This document shows, one piece after another, positions 63,835-64,000 of a stretch of DNA of 64,000 bases. Origin of the DNA: Candidatus Woesearchaeota archaeon (lineage in GTDB: Archaea > Nanobdellota > Nanobdellia > Pacearchaeales > GW2011-AR1). A program made the position numbers and the translations under genes. The notes beneath the pieces are model-generated. The model was not told the DNA's origin, ran no database searches, and saw nothing but the letters and a program-made list of their open reading frames with translations. Location: NCBI GenBank assembly GCA_964547875.1, contig CAZJPE010000005.1, forward strand, positions 27,543 to 91,542, in the 5' to 3' direction. Numbering within the stretch: the stretch's first letter is position 1; every line of letters starts with the position of its first letter.

Positions 63835-64000
63835 ATGAAAAAAGAAAAATATGAAAAAAGATTAATACAAGGAAAAGAAGTTAGAATTAAAATTATTAAA
63901 CAATTACATGGGGCATGGGCAGGATTAGATGGAAAGACAATAATTTTAAATGAAAAAACAAAGAATTCATTTAATAAAGAAGGAATAGATTCAATTTTAC
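63835..64000 (+). CDS. Hypothetical protein, N-terminal part. The gene runs off the window end.
   Basis: MKKEKYEKRLIQGKEVRIKIIKQLHGAWAGLDGKTIILNEK... No stop before the window end. Confidence 0.25.
   Translation, partial: MKKEKYEKRLIQGKEVRIKIIKQLHGAWAGLDGKTIILNEKTKNSFNKEGIDSIL

Noticed and set aside
1-64000. CRISPR arrays, rRNA genes, transposases and integrases.
   Set aside because: No regularly spaced direct repeats with unique spacers were seen. The only repeat family is the cassette-boundary repeat. No rRNA-like conserved blocks were found. No recombinase/transposase motifs (tyrosine-recombinase R..HxxR..Y, or DDE) appear in any frame.

Overview
This window is AT-rich (roughly one-third GC) and unambiguously archaeal. 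It carries PCNA, the primase small subunit PriS, an aCPSF1 beta-CASP RNase, a proteasome beta subunit, Mre11-Rad50, TrmB-family regulators, an archaeal-type CCA enzyme, and many class III (type IV pilin) signal peptides. The low GC, numerous giant surface proteins and compact gene spacing suggest a DPANN-like archaeon; that last point is inference.

Core genes are interleaved with accessory material:
1. An integron-like array of toxin-antitoxin and small-protein cassettes separated by a family of related intergenic repeats (about 4.5-8.1 kb).
2. A Tad/archaeal type IV pilus locus with ATPase, split platform proteins and five or more pilins (about 39.8-47.5 kb).
3. A set of very large N-glycosylation-rich cell-surface proteins that share an N-terminal signal peptide and a C-terminal transmembrane anchor. 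One is a zincin metalloprotease with a beta-helix.
4. Two recently duplicated paralogous genes (31214-32077 and 52236-53066) with about 88% nucleotide identity. They differ almost only in a 102-nt GC-rich island, where the substitutions fall on codon positions 1 and 2. This is the signature of a diversity-generating-retroelement (DGR) variable region. No template repeat or reverse transcriptase is visible in the window.
5. Two copies of a two-gene module encoding an AbrB-nucleotidyltransferase fusion and a small basic protein, about 19 kb apart.

Other calls include tRNA-Thr(CGU), a probable SRP RNA in a GC island, argS, trxB, glutaredoxin, an SNase-like nuclease, nicotinate phosphoribosyltransferase, and a presenilin-like intramembrane protease. 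No CRISPR array, rRNA, transposase or integrase was found.
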